Assembly (NCBI GenBank): GCA_030167145.1
Contig: CP126532.1
Location: forward strand, 4,080,001-4,112,000
Direction of reading: 5' to 3'
DNA: 32,000 nucleotides
DNA from: Ktedonobacterales bacterium
Lineage (GTDB): Bacteria > Chloroflexota > Ktedonobacteria > Ktedonobacterales > JADMIN01
This document shows positions 17,052-27,161 of this stretch, one piece after another; position 1 is the stretch's first letter; the number at the start of each line of letters is the position of its first letter. The notes beneath the pieces were generated by a model that was given only the letters and a program-made list of their open reading frames with translations, did not search any database and had not been told where the DNA came from. A program made the position numbers and the translations under genes.

Positions 17052-17974
17052 CGGGATGCCTCCTCCATTGGTTCATGCGCCACGGCTGGCGCGGCCATGC
17101 GTGCCACATCTTCCGGCGACTGGCTCAGATACGCCAGCACGATTTCTTCGAGCGTCGCCTCGCGCGTCTGCCAGGCGGGATTATCCGGCATGCGCTCGGT
17201 TCGCAGCAGCAGCGTCGCGTCGCGCCCGCCATAGCTCGTTTCGATGGCGGCGTGCGCTGCCGCGACCACTGGGGCGTCCTGCCGTGGGACCGTCACCAGC
17301 CGGTGCTGGCGCACGATCTCGGCGATGTCACCGGCAAGCTGCACCCGCGACGCGGAGAGGATGATGAGGTAGTCGCAGACCTGTTCCAGATCGGCGAGGA
17401 TATGCGAGGAGAGCAGCACCGTCAGCCCACTGCGCGAGGCGGCATCGGTCAGCGCCCGTAAGAACTCGCGTCGCGCCAGCGGGTCCAGGCTGGCGACTGG
17501 CTCATCCAGCAGCAGCAGATCGGGCTGCTTGGCGATGGCGACCGCCAGCGCCACCTGCGCCTGCTGCCCGCCAGAGAGCTTGCCCACGCGGCGATTCAGC
17601 GGGATGCCCAGTTGTTGCAGCCGTGCGCGCGCCGGGCCGTCGTCCCAGCGCGGATTCAGCTTGCGGCCCAGCGTCAGTGTATCCGCGACGGTGAAGCCTT
17701 TGTAGAGCGGGTGATCCTGCGCGAGGAAGCCGATGCGCGGCAGCACCTCGTGCGGCTGCTCGAAGGGCGCGCGCCCGAAAACTTCGACGCTGCCCGCCGT
17801 CGGCTGCAATAAGCCAACGGCCAAATGCAGGAGCGTGGTCTTACCCGCGCCGTTGGGGCCGACCAGCGCCGCGACACGCCCGGCGGGCAGGTGCAGCGTG
17901 CAGTCGCGCAGCGCCCACCCCCGTCCATAGCGTTTGCCCAGCGCGGATGTCACCAGGGCATAGTCACTACTCAT
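17048..17974 (-). CDS. ABC transporter ATP-binding protein
   Basis: Walker A GPNGAGKTTLL, signature LSGGQQAQV, Walker B LLLLDEP. Confidence 0.9.
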   Translation of the reverse strand: MSSDYALVTSALGKRYGRGWALRDCTLHLPAGRVAALVGPNGAGKTTLLHLAVGLLQPTAGSVEVFGRAPFEQPHEVLPRIGFLAQDHPLYKGFTVADTLTLGRKLNPRWDDGPARARLQQLGIPLNRRVGKLSGGQQAQVALAVAIAKQPDLLLLDEPVASLDPLARREFLRALTDAASRSGLTVLLSSHILADLEQVCDYLIILSASRVQLAGDIAEIVRQHRLVTVPRQDAPVVAAAHAAIETSYGGRDATLLLRTERMPDNPAWQTREATLEEIVLAYLSQSPEDVARMAAPAVAHEPMEEASR

Positions 17975-18168
17975 ACTCCGTCCTTCACTTTCACTAGCGA
18001 ACTGTTATCGAACCAACATGCCCGTCCAATTCGGGTGTCTGGCGCAACTGTAGCAGCCGCACATGACTCCGGCATGACGCGCCGAAGGGTGGGTTGTCAT
18101 CCGCGTGTCATCTTCACGCGCGATAATGGTGGAGGGAAGGACTTTGCATAGGACTGTGGGAGATAGGC

Positions 18169-18846
18169 ATGCGTATTCTGGTGATCGAAGACAACCGCAG
18201 GCTCAGCGCCGCCCTCGCCCAAAGCCTGAGCGACGCGGGCTATGCGGTAGATACGGCCTATGATGGGCAGGAGGGGCAGGAGTTTGCCGAGGCGGCGCCG
18301 TATGACGCGATCATTCTGGATATTCTGCTTCCGGTGCGCGATGGCCTGGTGGTCTGTCGCGCGCTGCGGGCGCGGCGCGTGAATACCCCGGTCATCATGC
18401 TCACCGCGCGCGACACAGTGGCCGACCGCGTGCGCGGGCTGGATAGCGGCGCGGACGACTATCTAGTGAAGCCGTTCGCGCTGAGCGAGTTGCTGGCTCG
18501 CTTGCGCGCGCTGCTGCGGCGCGAGGCTCCCAGCAAGGGCGGGCTGCTCGAAGCCGGTGATCTGCGGCTCGACCCAGCGACGCGCTTCGTCGAACGTGCG
18601 GGCCATAGCATCGAACTGACCGCCAAACAATACGCGCTGCTGGAGTATTTCCTGCGCCACCCCAACCAACTGCTGACGCGCGAGATGATCGAGAGCCACG
18701 TCTGGAGCTACGACTTCGACGCGACCTCGAATGTCGTGGATGTCTACGTGCGGCGGCTGCGCCGCGAGATAGATGACCCGTTCGACGTGAAGCTGCTTGA
18801 GACGGTGCGTGGGGCGGGCTACCGGCTGCGCGTCCCACACGTATGA
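18169..18846 (+). CDS. OmpR/PhoB-family response regulator
   Basis: Receiver domain MRILVIEDN...DAIILDILLP...MLTARD...DDYLVKPF. Winged-helix domain LTAKQYALLEYFLRHPNQLLTRE...VDVYVRRLRREID...TVRGAGYRL. Confidence 0.9.
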   Translation: MRILVIEDNRRLSAALAQSLSDAGYAVDTAYDGQEGQEFAEAAPYDAIILDILLPVRDGLVVCRALRARRVNTPVIMLTARDTVADRVRGLDSGADDYLVKPFALSELLARLRALLRREAPSKGGLLEAGDLRLDPATRFVERAGHSIELTAKQYALLEYFLRHPNQLLTREMIESHVWSYDFDATSNVVDVYVRRLRREIDDPFDVKLLETVRGAGYRLRVPHV

Positions 18847-20426
18847 GCGCCAAGAGAGTGAGCCGAAGACCTATGCGCCTGCGATTGCGGTTTGCCACGT
18901 TTCGACACTGGCTGGGCAGCGTGCGCGTGCGCCTGACGCTCTGGTATCTGGCGATTCTCGCGCTGATCTTCCTGGTCTTTGGCGCGATCCTCTCCGGCGT
19001 GGCGGTGCATCAGGCGCAGGTGGCGAACCAGGAGACGCTCCACTCCATCTCGCAGCAACTTGCCTCCACCCTTGGCGCGGACGGCACGCTGCATGTGGAC
19101 GCAGCGTTTGGCGACTATCCCTATTTCTCTGGGAAACAGACGATTGAGAACCTGACTGGCAAAGGCTATCCCCTTGGCCCATTCGACATCGCCGTATACT
19201 TCAGTGTATCCGACGCCACACAGCAATTTGGGCCGATTGCCGCCGATGGCGTCGCGCGGCTGCGAACGCTTGTGGCTCTCAGAAGCGGCGACCAGTCGTC
19301 ATACGCCCAGATGAATCTGCCCGTATCCTTGGGAAAAAGCGCCGCTACTGACATGACCTATAGCCTCGCTTTCACCGACATCCAGCGGCAGGGAACATCG
19401 GTTGGGACGCTGGTCGTGGGCCGTCAGGTGGATTACACCAGCACCTTCGATACCCTGGTGCCCGGCTTGATCGTGGCGGGGCCGATCACGCTGCTCATCG
19501 CCGCACTCGGCGGCTACTGGCTGGCGTCGCGCGCCATGCGTCCGGTGCGGCTGATTACGCGGACGGCGCGTGAGATCGGCGAGACCGATCTGAGCCGCCG
19601 CCTGCACCTGAAACGTCACGATGAGATGGGCGAGCTGGCCTCTACTTTCGACCGCATGCTCGCGCGCCTGGAAGCCGCTTTCGACCGCCAACGCCAGTTC
19701 ACCGCCGATGCCAGCCACGAACTACGCACCCCGCTCACCGTGGTCAATCTGGAAGTCAACCGCGCGCTGGCGCAGCGCCGTTCGCCCGAAGAGTATGAGC
19801 GCGCGCTACAGGTGGTGCAGGCCGAGAACGACTACATGAGCCGTCTGGTCGCAAATCTGCTCACGCTGGCCCGCGCCGATGCGGGCGAGGCCGCGCTGCG
19901 CTTCGAGCGGGTGGATCTCGGCGATGTCGCGCTGGAAGTAGTGGAACGGCTGGCTCCGCTGGCCCGCGAGCATGACATCACGCTGGCAGTGGGCGAACTG
20001 CCAGAACTCACGGTCGCGGGCGACCGCATGTACCTGACGCACATGCTGAGTAATCTCGTCGAAAACGCCATCAAGTACACGGCTGGAACTGGCACGCGCG
20101 TCGGCGTGGCGACCTGCGCCGCAACTCGCGACGGCTCCGCGTGGGCTTGCGTGCGCGTGGAAGACGACGGGCCAGGTATCGCGCCAGAGCACCTTCCGCA
20201 TCTCTTCGAGCGGTTCTATCGCGTGGATACGGCACGCAGCCAGTCGGGTGACGATGATACACCGGACGGCAGCGGACTGGGCCTTGCCATCGCGCAATGG
20301 GTCGCGCATTCGCATGGCGGCGACGTGCAGGTGCGCAGCGACGTGGGCAGCGGGACCACGTTTGAGGTGTGGCTGCCGCTGTCGCCCCCGCTCCACGCGG
20401 GAACGGGGACGGGAAGCGCAGACTAG
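18843..20426 (+). CDS. Membrane sensor histidine kinase (2 TM, extracytoplasmic loop of about 170 aa, HAMP, HisKA, HATPase_c)
   Basis: Its ATG overlaps the regulator stop codon (ATGA at 18843-18846). H-box ADASHELRTPLT. G-boxes DDGPGIAPE and GSGLGLAIAQWVAHSHGG. Confidence 0.9.
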   Translation: MSAKRVSRRPMRLRLRFATFRHWLGSVRVRLTLWYLAILALIFLVFGAILSGVAVHQAQVANQETLHSISQQLASTLGADGTLHVDAAFGDYPYFSGKQTIENLTGKGYPLGPFDIAVYFSVSDATQQFGPIAADGVARLRTLVALRSGDQSSYAQMNLPVSLGKSAATDMTYSLAFTDIQRQGTSVGTLVVGRQVDYTSTFDTLVPGLIVAGPITLLIAALGGYWLASRAMRPVRLITRTAREIGETDLSRRLHLKRHDEMGELASTFDRMLARLEAAFDRQRQFTADASHELRTPLTVVNLEVNRALAQRRSPEEYERALQVVQAENDYMSRLVANLLTLARADAGEAALRFERVDLGDVALEVVERLAPLAREHDITLAVGELPELTVAGDRMYLTHMLSNLVENAIKYTAGTGTRVGVATCAATRDGSAWACVRVEDDGPGIAPEHLPHLFERFYRVDTARSQSGDDDTPDGSGLGLAIAQWVAHSHGGDVQVRSDVGSGTTFEVWLPLSPPLHAGTGTGSAD

Positions 20427-20430
20427 CAGC

Positions 20431-22791
20431 CTACTCGTAGCGCAGAGTATCGGCGATGCGCACTCGTGCGGCGCTGAGCGCCGGAATCAGGCTCGCCAGC
20501 GTGGCGATGACCAGGATGAACACCAGCATCACGATCAGCGAGATGGGGTCGAAAGCGAAGGGAATCGGCAGCAGCGCCGCGCTAATCAACCCCAGGAAGC
20601 CGTAGGCGGCTGGAATGCCGATGACCACGGCGACAAGCCAGGCGATGACCGAGAGCGCCAGCCCTTCCGTCCAGAAGACGCCCGCCACGCGCCAGCCTGT
20701 CGCGCCCATCGAGCGCAGGATGCCGATCTCGCGCCGCCGCTCCAGCACCGAGGTCGTCAGCGTGTTGAAGAGGCCCAGGATGCCGACCATTGCGACGATT
20801 GCCGCGACGGAATACAGCAGCACATACAGAATCTGGAACTGGTTCTTGTTGCGGGCAATCTGCTGCTGCGCCGTCGAGACGGACGGATTCAGCCCTTGCG
20901 CGCTGAGCGTACTATCGAGGGTATTCGCGAGTTGATTCACCGCCGCTGGCGAGCGGTCCACGGCCTGAATCATAAAGCTGCCGCTGAGGTCGCTGGGGGC
21001 GTGTTGCAGCGCATTGAAGTTATCTATGGTGGTCAGTCCGACGCCGATCAACCCCAAGCCGCCGTTGACATCATGCACTTCGCCGATGATGTGCCAGGTG
21101 ACGGTATCCGTCGAGGTCGAGAAGGTGATGCTGTCGCCGACATGTAGGCCCGTCTTGGTAGCCAGGTTGTCGCTCATCACCAGCGCGTTCGGCTCGCCCG
21201 GATTGAACCAGCGCCCGGCGATGATCGTGTGGTGATAGAGTTGCGCGTCCTGCTCCACGCCGGTCAGCAGCATCGTGCCCCAGGTCGTCTTAACGGTGTC
21301 CTGTTGCAGACGCTCCACCTGCGCGACGTTGGGAATCGCCAGCAGTTTCGCCCGCATCTGGGCGTAGGGTTGCGGCTTGGCGCCGACGAAGACATCGAAG
21401 CCGTATTGGTTGAAGAGTTGGCCGATGAACCGGTCGGCGGAGTAGGTGGTGGTCTGGATCGAGAGGAACGCCGCCGCCGAGAGGGTAAGCGCCAGCAGCG
21501 TCAGCACGGCGCGTCCGCGCTTGCGGAAGATGCCGCGCAGCCCCAGCAACATGGTCTGTGGCGCCCAGGCCAGCAGCCGCGAGGGCCGGTATGCGCGCCT
21601 TCCGTTGCCGCCACTGACACCATACGCCGCCATCGCCTCGCGCACGGTGATGCGTGTGCCCGTCCAGAGCGGCACGAGCGCCGCCGCGAAGGGGATGCCC
21701 AGCCCGACGAGAATACTGACAACGATCACGCCCGCATCCACGCTGAACGGGCCAAGGTCCAGGGTGATGACCGTCGCCAGATATGACGCGAGCGCATAGC
21801 CCGCCACGATGCCCAGGCCGATGCCCAGCGCCGTGCCGATGATGCCATAGACGCCGACCGACGTGAGGTAGCCGCGCATCACCGTCCACCGTGTCGCGCC
21901 CACCGCTTTCATCGTGCCGATGATCTTGGTCTGCTCAGCTACCAGTGTGGTGACGGTATTGAGAATCAGGAAGCTGGTCAGCACCAGCGCAATGAGCGAA
22001 AGTGCGCGCATCACGGTGAAGAGGCCGTTGATTGGTCCCGGATCCCAGTAATCGTCAATCGTCGAACCGCCGGTGACGGTGATATGTTGCGGCGCGAGCA
22101 GCGCCGTGAGCGCCTTCAGTGTGTCGCGCTCGTGCGCTTTATCGAAGACCTGCGCCTGCACCTGTGTCGGGCCGGAGACGCCATCAATCGCGCTCAGCGT
22201 GTTGGCGTCCATATAGGCGCGGGCATTCGACGAGAAGGCCGCGCTCAACCGGCCCAGGGTGCGCGAGGTGCCGACGATGGTAAGCTTTGTCGGGCCGTGG
22301 GGTGTCTCGATGGTCACGGTATCGCCGAGGTTGAAGTTTTGCAGCACGCGGTCGCTGGTCTCCATCACGATCTCGCCTGGCCCCGGCGTATGGCCGCTGG
22401 TGATCTGAAATGGGTTGAGCTTGATGTTGTTGAAGTCGTAGTAGCCAGCGATGACAATGTTCGCATGGCCAGGGGTGGCCGCAATCTGCCAGCGTGTGCT
22501 GTAGGTATGCACGACTTGCACGGTCTTGACGTTCGGCTGACCCGTCACCAGCGCCGCAACGTCTGGCGTCGCCCCTTCGACGCTGAGGACGACATCCGGC
22601 GTGGGGGTCTTGCCGCCGCTGTAGGCAAAGGCCGCGCCCAGTGACCCCGCCGCGACATTGATCGCCGTCAGCCCCAGCACGCCAATCAGTATCCCTAGCA
22701 CTACGAGCAGCGTGCGCCCCTTGCGGCGCGTCACATCGGCGAGCGATTTGCGCGCGAGCGGGGTGGGTGCCAGGAGTGTGCGTATGCTCAT
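20431..22791 (-). CDS. MacB/FtsX-type ABC permease with two tandem FtsX halves (786 aa)
   Basis: Two repeats of [TM, large external domain, three TM]. FtsX-type helices near residues 270-390 and 660-780. The start overlaps the stop of the ATPase gene (22788-22791). Confidence 0.85.
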   Translation of the reverse strand: MSIRTLLAPTPLARKSLADVTRRKGRTLLVVLGILIGVLGLTAINVAAGSLGAAFAYSGGKTPTPDVVLSVEGATPDVAALVTGQPNVKTVQVVHTYSTRWQIAATPGHANIVIAGYYDFNNIKLNPFQITSGHTPGPGEIVMETSDRVLQNFNLGDTVTIETPHGPTKLTIVGTSRTLGRLSAAFSSNARAYMDANTLSAIDGVSGPTQVQAQVFDKAHERDTLKALTALLAPQHITVTGGSTIDDYWDPGPINGLFTVMRALSLIALVLTSFLILNTVTTLVAEQTKIIGTMKAVGATRWTVMRGYLTSVGVYGIIGTALGIGLGIVAGYALASYLATVITLDLGPFSVDAGVIVVSILVGLGIPFAAALVPLWTGTRITVREAMAAYGVSGGNGRRAYRPSRLLAWAPQTMLLGLRGIFRKRGRAVLTLLALTLSAAAFLSIQTTTYSADRFIGQLFNQYGFDVFVGAKPQPYAQMRAKLLAIPNVAQVERLQQDTVKTTWGTMLLTGVEQDAQLYHHTIIAGRWFNPGEPNALVMSDNLATKTGLHVGDSITFSTSTDTVTWHIIGEVHDVNGGLGLIGVGLTTIDNFNALQHAPSDLSGSFMIQAVDRSPAAVNQLANTLDSTLSAQGLNPSVSTAQQQIARNKNQFQILYVLLYSVAAIVAMVGILGLFNTLTTSVLERRREIGILRSMGATGWRVAGVFWTEGLALSVIAWLVAVVIGIPAAYGFLGLISAALLPIPFAFDPISLIVMLVFILVIATLASLIPALSAARVRIADTLRYE

Positions 22792-23600
22792 GGCTGCGCC
22801 TCTCTGGCGGTCGCCGCGCCCTTTGCCGCGCCATTCCCGTTACCATTGCCATACACGGTGACGACAGCCTCTGCGCCAGCATGGGCGACGATGCGCCCGT
22901 CCAGCAGGTCCACGCGAGCGGTGGCGCGAGCGGCAAGCCTGGGATCGTGCGTGACGTAGATGACGGTTTTGCCGCGCTGGGTCAACTCTTCAAGGAGGCC
23001 GAAGACCTGCGCCGCCGTTTTTGAATCGAGGTTTCCGGTTGGCTCATCGGCCACCAGCGCGGGTGGATCGTTGGCCAGCGCCCGCGCGATGGCGATGCGC
23101 TGCTGCTGCCCGCCGGAAAGCTCGCTCGGCAGCCGGTCCGCGTAGTCGGCGAGTCCCACCAGATCGAGGCAGGTGTGCGCTCGCTCGCGCCACTCGCGCC
23201 GTGGCAGCGCGCCGCCAAGCTGGAGCGCAAGTTGCACGTTTTCCCGCGCGGTGAGGGTGGGAATCAACTGGAAGAATTGGAAGACGATGCCGACATGCCG
23301 CCCGCGCCATCTGGCGAGCCGGTTCTCGCTCATCTTGCGCACTTCCTCGCCCGCGAAGACGATGTGTCCGCTGGTGGGCCGGTCAATGCCGGTGAGCATA
23401 TTCAGCAGCGTAGATTTGCCGCTGCCCGATGGCCCATTGATCGCGAAGAGGCTCCGCGCAGGCACACTGAAGGTGATGTCGTCGAGAATCGCTGTGCGCT
23501 GCGCGCGGGTGGCAATCACCCGCGTGACATGCTCGACGCGCACGAGCGCCGTATCGGGATGCGCGCTGGTGGCGCTGAGCGTAAGCTGAGATTCCGCCAT
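22788..23600 (-). CDS. MacB/LolD-type ABC ATP-binding protein
   Basis: Walker [13 protein letters not shown], signature [15 protein letters not shown], Walker [22 protein letters not shown] upstream of the ATG at 23600. Confidence 0.9.
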   Translation of the reverse strand: MAESQLTLSATSAHPDTALVRVEHVTRVIATRAQRTAILDDITFSVPARSLFAINGPSGSGKSTLLNMLTGIDRPTSGHIVFAGEEVRKMSENRLARWRGRHVGIVFQFFQLIPTLTARENVQLALQLGGALPRREWRERAHTCLDLVGLADYADRLPSELSGGQQQRIAIARALANDPPALVADEPTGNLDSKTAAQVFGLLEELTQRGKTVIYVTHDPRLAARATARVDLLDGRIVAHAGAEAVVTVYGNGNGNGAAKGAATAREAQP

Positions 23601-23847
23601 GGTGTGTCGTCTCCTGAGCAGGTTTGGTGGCCGCGTGCTGTGTCGGGTGAATGAGACTGGATATACAGGAGTATACGGGTCAGGTATCGCGGACTGATGG
23701 CAGAAATGTACGTGTTTCGTTCGCCACTACGCCACTGTTGACACACTTTCGCAACATCTCCGTTGCCATCCGCTATCCGCTGTAGATGCCAATACGCAGC
23801 GTTGTCCTAGCGCTGGGCAAAGTGATGCGCGACTGGTGCGTCAGCGT

Positions 23848-24348
23848 CTACGGCATAGGTGGATATGCCGGATTGATGACTTGGAAACCCTCGAACCGCG
23901 CGATAGTGGAGAGGCGTGTATCTGCTGTGATAAAAATGAGTTCATCCGAGAGATTCCTGGCAGCCAGGAGCGCAGATGCGAGTTGTAGCGCATCAAGGCT
24001 ACGAATCGGGTGCGGCTCCGTCGCCGCATAGGTGCTGCAAAGAGTGGCAGCCAGCGTCACCGTGAGCGGTGATAGCGGAACGATGGTGTAGACCGGGGTA
24101 CTTCGCGCAGGATCACTGAGTATAATGTGACGCTCGAATGGATTGACCATGGCGTCTACAAATGAATGGTGAAGGTTCTCACGCCGCCCGGCTCTTCGGA
24201 GTGCAGCTACAACCTCAACCTGGGCAAGTTGCGATAAATGCAAAGACGGCCGCGTATGGGACTCGCACACGGCTCTAACCCAATTGCTGCCTAGTTCATA
24301 ATAGTACCGCTTTACGATGGCGCTGCTGTCGAAGAAATACTGCGGCAC
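23848..24348 (-). CDS. vapC: PIN-domain ribonuclease toxin (VapC-like)
   Basis: GTG start. The PIN acidic residues are in the expected context: FFDSSAIVKRY (N-terminal Asp), AQVEVVAAL (Glu), SLDALQLASALLA (Asp), FITADTRL (Asp). The start overlaps the upstream ORF stop by 1 nt (TAGTG). Confidence 0.8.
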   Translation of the reverse strand: MPQYFFDSSAIVKRYYYELGSNWVRAVCESHTRPSLHLSQLAQVEVVAALRRAGRRENLHHSFVDAMVNPFERHIILSDPARSTPVYTIVPLSPLTVTLAATLCSTYAATEPHPIRSLDALQLASALLAARNLSDELIFITADTRLSTIARFEGFQVINPAYPPMP

Positions 24349-24593
24349 TACTCGCCCCGATCCTCATCCACCGCTTCAGCGGCGGGTTCGCCGGGTCGCT
24401 TTTGCGCCCTTTGCCCTTCGGAAGTATTCCATAACTGCTCGATCTCTTCGCCATCGCGCAAAATGCTTGCGTATTCCTCGTCTGAATATGGTGGCAAACG
24501 ATGTCCGATGTGTGGATTCAGTTGCTTGACTTCAGCAGCGCCTCGTAGGATCAACGCTTCCAATTCAGGAGTATGCTTTTTGTTCAAGGCCAT
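24348..24593 (-). CDS. Putative cognate antitoxin (81 aa, acidic C-terminus, family not recognised)
   Basis: Its position and 1-nt translational coupling to vapC support the call. It has an acidic tail ...EAVDEDRGE. I see no RHH, AbrB or Phd signature. Confidence 0.55.
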   Translation of the reverse strand: MALNKKHTPELEALILRGAAEVKQLNPHIGHRLPPYSDEEYASILRDGEEIEQLWNTSEGQRAQKRPGEPAAEAVDEDRGE

Positions 24594-24810
24594 GACGCTA
24601 CTCCTCGCGCGCTCTTCTGGCTATGCTCGATAGAGGCCACCCAATGCTTTGCAATAGTCTACCATATGCCAGCATGTTTGATACAGGCATCAGCATCGTA
24701 TTGTGTGCTTCAAATGCTTCTGGCAATCTGTGCAACGCTGCCACTAGCGCCATACAGGGCGATTCCCCTGCCACACGAGCCGCGAATGTAGCGGGGGAAT
24801 ACGCTTGACT

Positions 24811-25923
24811 TTACGCTGCCTCTACGGTGACGTTGCCAGCGGTCATGCTGATGTGGATGTGGCCGGTGGGATTCGGGCTGAGGTCGGCGCTGACGGTGGT
24901 CTCGGCTGCCTGGTGCGAGATGTTGGCCTGCCAGCCGTTGACGTTGATATTGCCCGCCGATGCCGTGCCATCGAGATGGGCGTCGGTATTCTGTGGCAGT
25001 GACAGCGTGGCGTTCCCCGCTGATATCGTGACATTCAGATTGGTGGCCGGCTGCATCGCGCCCTGGAAGTCTACGTTGCCCGCCTGGAGCGTGAGCACGG
25101 AGTTGCCGGTGAGGGTGACGTTGCGCATTTCCAGGTTGCCTGCGCTCAAGTCGGCATTCAGTATTCCGGTGATGTCATCCACATGCATGTTGCCCGCCGA
25201 GAGGTTAGCGGTGAGGTTGGTGGTGGCGGGCACCGTGATGGTGACATCCAGCTTGCGCATCAGAAAGAAGCGCGGGCCAGATAGGCCTTGCGAGTCGGTC
25301 TTTACATGAACGGTATTGCCGTCCTGTGTCGCGCTGGTGGTGATATTATCGAGCGCCTGGCGTGCCGCGCCATGGGTGATGGCGCGCACCTCTTTTTCGA
25401 CCTTCACGGTGATCTGGCTGCTGCTGCCGGTCTCCACCTGCACATTGGCTGCTGCTGCGTCCACGATGAGCGTTGGCGTACCTGTGACAGAGAACGTCTG
25501 CGAGCTAGTGGATGTGGCGGGTTCGCTGGCGATGGCCATGCCCCAGGTGATACCCGTGACGGCCGCGCCGCAGGCCAGCAGCAGCGCCACCAGGACCAAA
25601 CATCCGCCCAATACCTTGACCCAGCCGCTGGCGCCCCGCTCGCGTGGTTGTGGGCGCGGCGGCGCATAGGGATAGGGATACGGGTAAGCAGCGTTGGGCT
25701 GCGGATAGGGATAGACGGGCGTTTGCTGCTGTGGCTGATACGCTCCGCCTAGACGCTCAGATATGGGCTGCGCGCGGCGCGGCATGTCGGGTGGTTCATC
25801 CCGACCCGCGAGTGGGGTGGTCGGTGAATCGTTCCACTCGCCAGGTGTAGGTTCCATCGCCGGCGCATGCTCTGGCTCCGGTGTCGGCTGATCGGGCAGA
25901 TTTTGGGTATGTTCGTCGCTCAT
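24811..25923 (-). CDS. Single-pass membrane protein with a Pro/Tyr-rich cytoplasmic N-terminus and an external beta-helical repeat domain (DUF4097 / putative-adhesin / LiaF-C-terminal-like)
   Basis: The N-terminus is low-complexity (YPYPQPNAAYPYPYPYAPPRPQP). TM is VKVLGGCLVLVALLLACGAAV. After the TM there are several repeats of [S/Q/T]AGN[V/M/L/I/A] spaced about 15-25 aa apart (SAGNMHV, SAGNLEM, QAGNVDF, SAGNATL, SAGNINV, TAGNVTV). Confidence 0.65.
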   Translation of the reverse strand: MSDEHTQNLPDQPTPEPEHAPAMEPTPGEWNDSPTTPLAGRDEPPDMPRRAQPISERLGGAYQPQQQTPVYPYPQPNAAYPYPYPYAPPRPQPRERGASGWVKVLGGCLVLVALLLACGAAVTGITWGMAIASEPATSTSSQTFSVTGTPTLIVDAAAANVQVETGSSSQITVKVEKEVRAITHGAARQALDNITTSATQDGNTVHVKTDSQGLSGPRFFLMRKLDVTITVPATTNLTANLSAGNMHVDDITGILNADLSAGNLEMRNVTLTGNSVLTLQAGNVDFQGAMQPATNLNVTISAGNATLSLPQNTDAHLDGTASAGNINVNGWQANISHQAAETTVSADLSPNPTGHIHISMTAGNVTVEAA

Positions 25924-26076
25924 GGTCGTCGCGCTCTTTTCTGATATGGCTCCGGCGGCGCTTGTCGCCTGAAGTGGCTCATTCGTGCCATCTGTAGTAT
26001 GGAGCGCGAGTGTGTGCGGGCTATCGCCGATTTGTAACGGAAGTGTGGCGTTGAGTCAGCATTTGTGTCGCAGAGT

Positions 26077-26811
26077 CTAGGCCGTGAAACGATAGCCCAC
26101 GCCCCAGACTGTGACGATATGCTCGCCGAGCGGGCCGAGCTTCTTTCGCAGGCGGACAATGTGCGTATCAACGGTGCGGTCGACGCCGTCATAGTCGTAG
26201 CCCCAGAGACGCTCCAGCAGGAATTCGCGGCTAAAGGCACGGCCTGGGTGACCGGCCAGCAGCGCGAGCAGATCGAACTCTTTGGGTGTCAGGTCCACTT
26301 CCCGGCCGTCCAGCGAGACGCTATGATCGGCAAGATTGACGCGCAGCGGCCCGCGTATGATCGGTTCCGGCGCGGGTGGCACGGTGTCGTTGGCATCCTG
26401 GTCGCTTGCGGCGGGCGATGGCGTTGCGGCGATAGCGCCCTGGCTATCGAGCGCGACCCGCCGCAGCATCGCTCGCACCCGCGCGAGCAACTCGCGCATG
26501 CTAAACGGCTTGACGACATAGTCATCAGCGCCGACCTCAAGGCCGAGGACGCGGTCAATCTCTTCGTTGCGGGCGGTGAGCATGAGGATTGGCATTAGGT
26601 GGTCGCGCCGGATCTGGCGGCAGACCGCCAGTCCATCCATACCCGGCAGCATCCAATCGAGGATGACAAGCTGCGGCGTATGAGCTGCCACCAGCCGCAG
26701 CGCCGCCGGGCCGTCGAACGCCTGATACACGGTGTGGCCATCCGCTTGGAGTTGCGTGCGAATCAGGTTGTTTAAATCAACCTCATCCTCAACGATGAGT
26801 ACTACCGGCAT
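26077..26811 (-). CDS. OmpR-family response regulator with an unusually long Pro/Ala-rich interdomain linker; no adjacent kinase
   Basis: MPVVLIVEDEVDL...LVILDWMLPGMDG...MLTARNEE...DDYVVKPF, then a linker of about 35 aa (SQGAIAATPSPAASDQDANDTVPPAPEP), then the winged helix (LTPKEFDLLALLAGHPGRAFSRE...VDTHIVRLRKKL...VWGVGYRF). The start is chosen at the ATG 9 nt after GAGG. Alternative starts are ATG 26817 and GTG 26826. Confidence 0.9.
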   Translation of the reverse strand: MPVVLIVEDEVDLNNLIRTQLQADGHTVYQAFDGPAALRLVAAHTPQLVILDWMLPGMDGLAVCRQIRRDHLMPILMLTARNEEIDRVLGLEVGADDYVVKPFSMRELLARVRAMLRRVALDSQGAIAATPSPAASDQDANDTVPPAPEPIIRGPLRVNLADHSVSLDGREVDLTPKEFDLLALLAGHPGRAFSREFLLERLWGYDYDGVDRTVDTHIVRLRKKLGPLGEHIVTVWGVGYRFTA

Positions 26812-27161
26812 GAGCATGCGCCTCACTCTCTTTGCGCTCGAAGATCATCCGGCTGGTGTGTACCAGTTTCAATTGACTTTTCCACGGCATCGTATTACCA
26901 TGAAAGTCACAGTAGGGAAAGGGCACCTTAGAGTCGCCACGTATCTGCCGCTGGACTCGCCAGCAGATATGTCGGTCTGCATCGTACCTTCGCCTATTAT
27001 CGCACCTGCTGCCGTCGCAGCCCAATCGAGACGACACCAGAAATACTCCTGCTGACGCTTGCCCAAACTGTGGCGATGCGCTCTCGCGAAATCTGCGTCA
27101 TCATACACGCGCCTGAGCAGTCCGCGCCTGAACTACGACTTCAGAGACAGGAGAAACAGCC

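Noticed and set aside
26942-26969. Imperfect palindrome TATCTGC(CG)CTGG-N5-CCAGCAGATA in the spacer between the regulator and the zinc-ribbon gene, plus a TTGACT...TACCAT promoter-like pair at about 26873-26901
   Set aside because: The palindrome needs a 3-nt bulge, and the promoter-like hexamers are weak and about 260 nt from the start codon. Neither can be supported without TSS data.
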